61,437 nucleotides of DNA, taken from the NCBI GenBank assembly GCA_016875135.1, contig VGSE01000001.1:1-61437 (forward strand), written 5' to 3'. The translations under genes and the position numbers were made by a program. Of this stretch, positions 56,713-61,437 are shown piece by piece; position 1 is the first letter of the stretch; every line of letters begins with the position of its first letter. A model generated the notes under the pieces. The model was not told the DNA's origin. It saw only the letters and a program-made list of their open reading frames with translations, and did no database searches. Source of the stretch: Deltaproteobacteria bacterium. Lineage in GTDB: Bacteria > Bdellovibrionota > FAC87 > UBA2466.

Positions 56713-58785
56713 ATGTCTCAATCCTCTTTTTCCAATCGTTTAGCCTTAGAAACCAGCCCTTACCTGCTTCAACACGCCAAAAATCCCGTTGATTGGTTCC
56801 CCTGGGGTGAAGAGGCTATCAAACGAGCAAAAAGAGAAAACAAGCCCATTTTTCTATCAATTGGATATTCAGCCTGCCACTGGTGCCATGTCATGGAAAA
56901 GGAAAGCTTTGAAGATGAAGCAACAGCAAAAATCTTAAATGACTCTTTTGTCAGTATCAAAGTGGATCGAGAGGAGCGCCCCGATCTCGACAACATCTAT
57001 ATGAATGCAGTTCAAATTATGACTCATCGAGGAGGATGGCCGATGACCGTTTTTCTCACTCCCGACTTAGAGCCATTTTACGGGGGCACTTACTTTCCGC
57101 CTGAAGATAAAATGGGCATGCCAAGTTTTAAGAAAATACTTCTGGGCATTGCCAACACTTGGAAAAATCGAGAGGGCGAAGTTAAAAAATCGGCCGCTGA
57201 ACTTTTAACCGCTTTGAAAGAGATCAATCAACCCACTACTCGTAATGGAGTCTCGCTTTCGTTTAGAGCTCTAACCGAGGCCGCTTTCCATAAAATCAAA
57301 AGCTCTTTTGATCCCATTTACGGTGGCCTTGGCCAAGCACCTAAGTTTTTCCACACTACCGACTTTCGCCTGGCTTTGCGCCATTGGAAAACAACCCAAG
57401 AGGAGGAGGCGATAACCCTCGTCAATACGACTCTGCAGCTTTGGGCTCAAGGTGGAATATACGATCACTTAGGTGGCGGATTTCACCGGTACTCAACCGA
57501 TGAAAAGTGGCTTGTTCCCCATTTTGAAAAGATGCTCTACGATAATGCTCTTCTCTCAGAACTCTATGTTGAGGCCTATCAAGCGACTCAGTATTTACCC
57601 TATGCAACAACTGCACGAGAGATCTTCGATTATGTCTTAAGAGAACTTTCTTCACCCGAAGGGCTTTTTTATAGCACCGAAGATGCGGATAGCGAAGGTG
57701 TTGAAGGAAAGTTCTACGTTTGGACTAAAAAAGAGATTGAAGAAATTTTAAGTCCTGATGTCGCCGTTATTTTCAATAAAGTTTACTCAGTCTCTAAAGA
57801 CGGGAATTGGGAACATCATAATATTTTACATCGCACTCAATCATTCATTGAGCTCAGCGAAGAATTAGGTCTATCTCAAACTGAATTAGAAGAGACTCTT
57901 GCCGTTGCAAAAAGAAAATTATTGGCTATCAGAAAAAACAGAATTCGTCCCGCCGTCGACACGAAATCTTTAACATCCTGGAACTCGATGATGATCCACT
58001 CTCTTGGTTTGGCTCATCAGGTTTTGCAAGAATCTTCATATTTAGAAGCGGCACAAAAAGCTTTAAACTTTTTACTCGCTGAAAACTGGAACGGAAAAGA
58101 GCTTAAACACACTTATGCCAGAGGGCAAGCAAAGCACAACGCCTTTCTTGAGGACTATGCTTGTCTGACTCAAGCAACGCTCACTCTTTATGAATCAACT
58201 TTCGACTTTAAACTCATTGAAACTGCAAAGAAGCTCGCGGAAAAAATGGTTGAGCTTTTCTGGGACAGTTCACGTCGAGCATTCTTTTTTTCAGAGCCAA
58301 ATCAGAGCGATCTGGTTGTCCGGCCGACAGACACCTATGACGGTGCCGTTCCTTCAAGTACAAGTCTTGCTCTGACGGCGCTTATTCGCCTGGGCAAACT
58401 CACTTATGAAGAGAAGTGGATCCGTTTGGCGGAAATGGCGTTGGAGCAGTACGAACATCAGATGCGAACTTTACCTCAAGCGTCGGGACAAATGCTCATA
58501 GCGCTGGAGCTTCTTCAGAATCGATCACAAGAGTGGGTTTTGATTCCCGGCAACGATGAAGTTGTCGAAGAATGGCTGCAGGCCATTCGAGAGTCTTACT
58601 ATCCTAATAAATCAGTATCGGTTAGAACAGATTTGAATTCTAAAAGTCTTTTGTTCGAAGGAAAAGTACCCGTCGATGGAAAAACAACCCTATACATCTG
58701 TGAAAACAAAACCTGCTTAGCACCTATCACCGACGTCATGATTTTCAAAAAACTTGTCGCAACGCACACAAAGCTCAGTGCGTGA
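56713..58785 (+). CDS. Thioredoxin-fold + (alpha/alpha)6 protein, DUF255/YyaL family
   Basis: [55 protein letters not shown] is the hallmark N-terminus of this family. Length 690 aa. Confidence 0.88.
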   Translation: MSQSSFSNRLALETSPYLLQHAKNPVDWFPWGEEAIKRAKRENKPIFLSIGYSACHWCHVMEKESFEDEATAKILNDSFVSIKVDREERPDLDNIYMNAVQIMTHRGGWPMTVFLTPDLEPFYGGTYFPPEDKMGMPSFKKILLGIANTWKNREGEVKKSAAELLTALKEINQPTTRNGVSLSFRALTEAAFHKIKSSFDPIYGGLGQAPKFFHTTDFRLALRHWKTTQEEEAITLVNTTLQLWAQGGIYDHLGGGFHRYSTDEKWLVPHFEKMLYDNALLSELYVEAYQATQYLPYATTAREIFDYVLRELSSPEGLFYSTEDADSEGVEGKFYVWTKKEIEEILSPDVAVIFNKVYSVSKDGNWEHHNILHRTQSFIELSEELGLSQTELEETLAVAKRKLLAIRKNRIRPAVDTKSLTSWNSMMIHSLGLAHQVLQESSYLEAAQKALNFLLAENWNGKELKHTYARGQAKHNAFLEDYACLTQATLTLYESTFDFKLIETAKKLAEKMVELFWDSSRRAFFFSEPNQSDLVVRPTDTYDGAVPSSTSLALTALIRLGKLTYEEKWIRLAEMALEQYEHQMRTLPQASGQMLIALELLQNRSQEWVLIPGNDEVVEEWLQAIRESYYPNKSVSVRTDLNSKSLLFEGKVPVDGKTTLYICENKTCLAPITDVMIFKKLVATHTKLSA

Positions 58786-58832
58786 CGTCTAAAATCTTAA
58801 GCGAGTTATGATAGAATAGAACAATTCTATTA

Positions 58833-59681
58833 ATGACTCCTTTTGATCAAATCAAAAAAATAGCCGGGAATTTTGTTTTTAACCAGGTTCTCTACCCTCG
58901 TGACGCTTTTTTAAATGAAGAGGACTGCCCACTTTATCAAGACATTGACCCTTTTTTAGAAGCTTTATTCGCAAACGAGAGCGGCAAAATAAAATTTGCC
59001 TTAAATTGGTGCCAAAACCATTTCGGATCTGTTTTAGATCTCTCGAACAGCTCAGGAAAACTGGCTTTTCAATTGGCAAACAATAAAATTCCTACCTTTG
59101 CCCTAGAAAACAACCCGGTAAAAATCCAAGTCCTGAGGAATCTCAAGGAAACCCTTGCCGAAGATTTTCGCCCCTTTCTCCAAATCTATCCAATCGAAGT
59201 TTCCAAATTTGAAATCGATGAAACCTTTCAAATTATTATGATGAGTTCTCATATCTTGGAGCAAGCCGATACAGAATTAGCCCTTTTAGGTCTTCTCAGA
59301 AAAACCGTGCCCCACTTGAAACAGGAAGGGAGTTTTTTTATTGAAGTTCATAATCTAGATTTTTTTGAGAATCGAAGAGACTTTAGAGAGTCAATATGGA
59401 ATTATACCTCACCCCAAAATGAAGAACCCTCTGTGAGTCGACTGTGGGAGCGAACCTATCCCGGGAACAAAGAGAGCCAAACTGTCTTTGAATATGCTGT
59501 TTCCGATTCGCTTAATGAATTTTCTCTCTATCGTTCGACGCTTCACCTGTTTAATCTTGACCAATGGATGAAACTTTTTGAAGTGGCGGGATACCTTGTT
59601 GAAGACTGTTATGGGGATTGGACAGGAAAACCGGTTTCTTTCCAAAATCCTCTTTTGGTCTTTCACTTAAAGGCCAGGTGA
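58833..59681 (+). CDS. Class I methyltransferase-like protein with degenerate SAM motif
   Basis: 282 aa. VLDLSNSSGKLA sits where motif I (VLDLGCGTG) is expected, and the layout resembles small-molecule methyltransferases. Confidence 0.45.
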   Translation: MTPFDQIKKIAGNFVFNQVLYPRDAFLNEEDCPLYQDIDPFLEALFANESGKIKFALNWCQNHFGSVLDLSNSSGKLAFQLANNKIPTFALENNPVKIQVLRNLKETLAEDFRPFLQIYPIEVSKFEIDETFQIIMMSSHILEQADTELALLGLLRKTVPHLKQEGSFFIEVHNLDFFENRRDFRESIWNYTSPQNEEPSVSRLWERTYPGNKESQTVFEYAVSDSLNEFSLYRSTLHLFNLDQWMKLFEVAGYLVEDCYGDWTGKPVSFQNPLLVFHLKAR

Positions 59682-59682
59682 A

Positions 59683-60660
59683 ATGATGTCCCATTTACCC
59701 ACCAGAAGAAAGATAAGTGTTTTAGTCATTACCTATAATCACGAAAAGTACCTCAAAGAGGCTTTGGAAGGAATTCTAAGCCAACAGGTCGAGGCCGATC
59801 TCGAAATCATAATCTCGGATGACAACTCTTCAGACAGCACTCTTAGCATCGCCCAAAACTATCAACAAAAGTATCCAGGGCTCATAACTATTTTAACTTC
59901 GTCACTACAGTCGGGGCATACCCACAACTATGAAAGAGCTTGGAAACAGGCCACAGGAGATTACATAGCTCATTGCGATGGTGATGATTATTGGACAAGC
60001 AGTAAAAAACTCAGTCAGCAGTTAGCTTTTCTTGAGGAGAATCTTGATTTTTCTGCTTGTGCCCATAAAATGTGGGCGATTTGCGACGAAGACCAATTTA
60101 AACATGGTCCAATTCCTAGAACAGACCAAACCGTTTTCACAACTGAACACTTGGTTGAGGCCTGCTTCCCCCATAACTGCAGCCTTTTATTTCGTAACCG
60201 TCTATTTACAATTCTTCCCCAATATTTTCATGAGCTAACAGGGCACGATTGGTGCATCGACTTTCTCAACTCGCTCCACGGACCCATTAAAATTTTTCCT
60301 GAAGTAATGGGAGTCTGGAGAATGAGATCGAATGGATTGTGGGGAGGGCGTCAGTCGACTTTTCATCTGCAACATGGAATCCATTTTCTGAATTGCATAA
60401 AAGATTCAGTGCCACCCTACGCAATCAAAGCTCATCGCCGAAGCCTTTTAACTCATTGGTTTCGGTTGACTCAAGAGTACTTAAATTTAGGAGAGTTTAA
60501 AAAAGCAGAACAGGCTCTCACTCAAGCTCTTTTTATCGAGAGTTTTTTAAGTTTGCCTTTAAGGCAATTTGTTAGCGCAATAGCTCAAATCAAGTCACCG
60601 GCTCTGTATCGCGCCCTTAAAATGTTGAGAAATCAGATGTTAGGGGCTCCTCGGGCGTGA
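59683..60660 (+). CDS. Family 2 glycosyltransferase
   Basis: ISVLVITYNHEKYLKEALEGILSQ, ISDDNSSD, and HCDGDDYW (DxD). Confidence 0.8.
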   Translation: MMSHLPTRRKISVLVITYNHEKYLKEALEGILSQQVEADLEIIISDDNSSDSTLSIAQNYQQKYPGLITILTSSLQSGHTHNYERAWKQATGDYIAHCDGDDYWTSSKKLSQQLAFLEENLDFSACAHKMWAICDEDQFKHGPIPRTDQTVFTTEHLVEACFPHNCSLLFRNRLFTILPQYFHELTGHDWCIDFLNSLHGPIKIFPEVMGVWRMRSNGLWGGRQSTFHLQHGIHFLNCIKDSVPPYAIKAHRRSLLTHWFRLTQEYLNLGEFKKAEQALTQALFIESFLSLPLRQFVSAIAQIKSPALYRALKMLRNQMLGAPRA

Positions 60661-60940
60661 GGTTTCTTTTTATTAGGATTTTTGAAAGCCAAAAGGAAAA
60701 TGGGAAATAAGATACCCATGGGGATTGTTCTTTTCAAAAAGGAAACTTAGAAATCAAGTCGTACGGTACATTGTAAGGCTAAGCCGGTAGACCTGGTTTC
60801 GTATGTTTCCAGATTGTAAACTTACGATCTTACCTTTGCCGACACGACGAGTAATAAACCAATTACACAAAAAAGATAGAGAGCCGAGATAGAAACTTGT
60901 AGGATTTAAAAACTTTAATTATAGCGGCAAGAGAAACACC

Positions 60941-61437
60941 TCACAACACTATAGACAGCGCATAAACTAACATTAAAAAGAAAGTGTTTTCTCCATCGTT
61001 AAATGTGACCTGCGTTAAACCGGAGGCCAAAAATCCGATCAAAATCGGAACTGCCCATTGAGTGGAGAGGTCCTTGCGCCTTAACAACTCTTGAAACCAA
61101 AGAAATATCCAAAGAAGAAAGCAAGCTCCCCCTAAGAGACCCGATGTGGCTAAAACTTCTAAGAGATCATTATGCGCGTGGCCACTAAATTCTGGATAAG
61201 GCAAATGGTACCTTTCCTTAATCGCTCGACTGTTGGGCTCGAAATTCAAATACCCATATCCCAATAGGGGCTTTTCCTGGACCGCTTTGATTGCAGCTAA
61301 CCAACACCCCAAACGCTCCTCGTTGGAACTTACTCTAAGAATTTGGTTGTTCAAAAAACGAGGATCTTTTAAAGAAAGAAGCCCTGCCCCCAAAATACAA
61401 AGTAAAATCAAAAAAAGAGTGAGGCGTTTATTAATCC
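60941..61437 (-). CDS. O-antigen ligase/polymerase-like (Wzy_C) membrane protein, truncated by the window edge
   Basis: The frame stays open to position 61437. GHAHNDLLEVLATSGLLG is the typical Wzy_C loop motif, followed by TM segments. Confidence 0.6.
   Translation of the reverse strand, partial: INKRLTLFLILLCILGAGLLSLKDPRFLNNQILRVSSNEERLGCWLAAIKAVQEKPLLGYGYLNFEPNSRAIKERYHLPYPEFSGHAHNDLLEVLATSGLLGGACFLLWIFLWFQELLRRKDLSTQWAVPILIGFLASGLTQVTFNDGENTFFLMLVYALSIVL

Noticed and set aside
60661-60940. A 280-bp gap lies between the convergent GT2 and O-antigen ligase genes. I looked for a tRNA, sRNA, small ORF or repeat copy.
   Set aside because: It contains only short direct repeats (ATTGTAA, CTTAC) and a 16-codon ORF without an SD. 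There is no convincing stem-loop, no MITE or REP similarity and no T-loop motif.

Overview
This is a 61.4-kb chromosomal window from an AT-rich diderm bacterium (low-40s % GC by eye, lipobox lipoproteins, an outer-membrane-type protein). It holds about 60 tightly packed genes, mostly housekeeping and mostly on the minus strand. I cannot assign a taxon from sequence alone. The RpoH-type sigma factor, ACBP, RRM-RGG protein and secreted proteases resemble Bdellovibrio-like/Oligoflexia genomes, while the hem-locus layout resembles the one I recall from Leptospira. The main blocks are as follows. (1) A HAD-GT2-frmA-frmB operon for glutathione-dependent formaldehyde detoxification. (2) A Delta-9 desaturase gene flanked by two ~220-bp MITE-like elements. 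(3) bcp-pyrF-pyrE. (4) A GH15 glucoamylase next to a PhoR/PhoB-like pair. (5) MFS-queG-RRM protein, followed by polysaccharide genes (sugar transferase, CapD-like). (6) A long coupled operon pyrB-pyrC-carA-X-carB-greA-recG-SDR, with an unknown gene X between carA and carB. (7) pdxS-pdxT. (8) ACBP, S8 peptidase, DedA, rpoH, gmhA, an M3-like peptidase and pruA. (9) A ten-gene hem operon in which every junction overlaps (hemA-C-D-B-L, HK, RR, hemE, hemN, unknown) and which contains a two-component system. (10) sua5, a DUF255 thioredoxin-fold protein, a methyltransferase-like gene, a GT2 and a partial O-antigen ligase. I found no rRNA, tRNA, CRISPR, integrase, transposase, restriction-modification, toxin-antitoxin or recognisable defence genes. 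I found no clear novel multi-gene system. The observations most worth follow-up are: (a) a MITE family with 9-bp target-site duplications (two full copies, one truncated copy, one 29-bp mini copy), one terminus of which appears to supply the SD and part of the start codon of the HAD gene; (b) a 40-nt perfectly conserved palindromic element at two convergent gene junctions that contains the stop codons of pyrE and gmhA; (c) an ORF for a secreted protein, absent from the ORF track, that is interrupted by a +1 frame problem in a T-rich signal-peptide region; (d) the hem operon with its embedded minimal-sensor two-component system and a terminal NodB-like pseudoenzyme; (e) the unknown gene coupled between carA and carB. 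All family assignments come from motif recognition by eye, and no database search was run.
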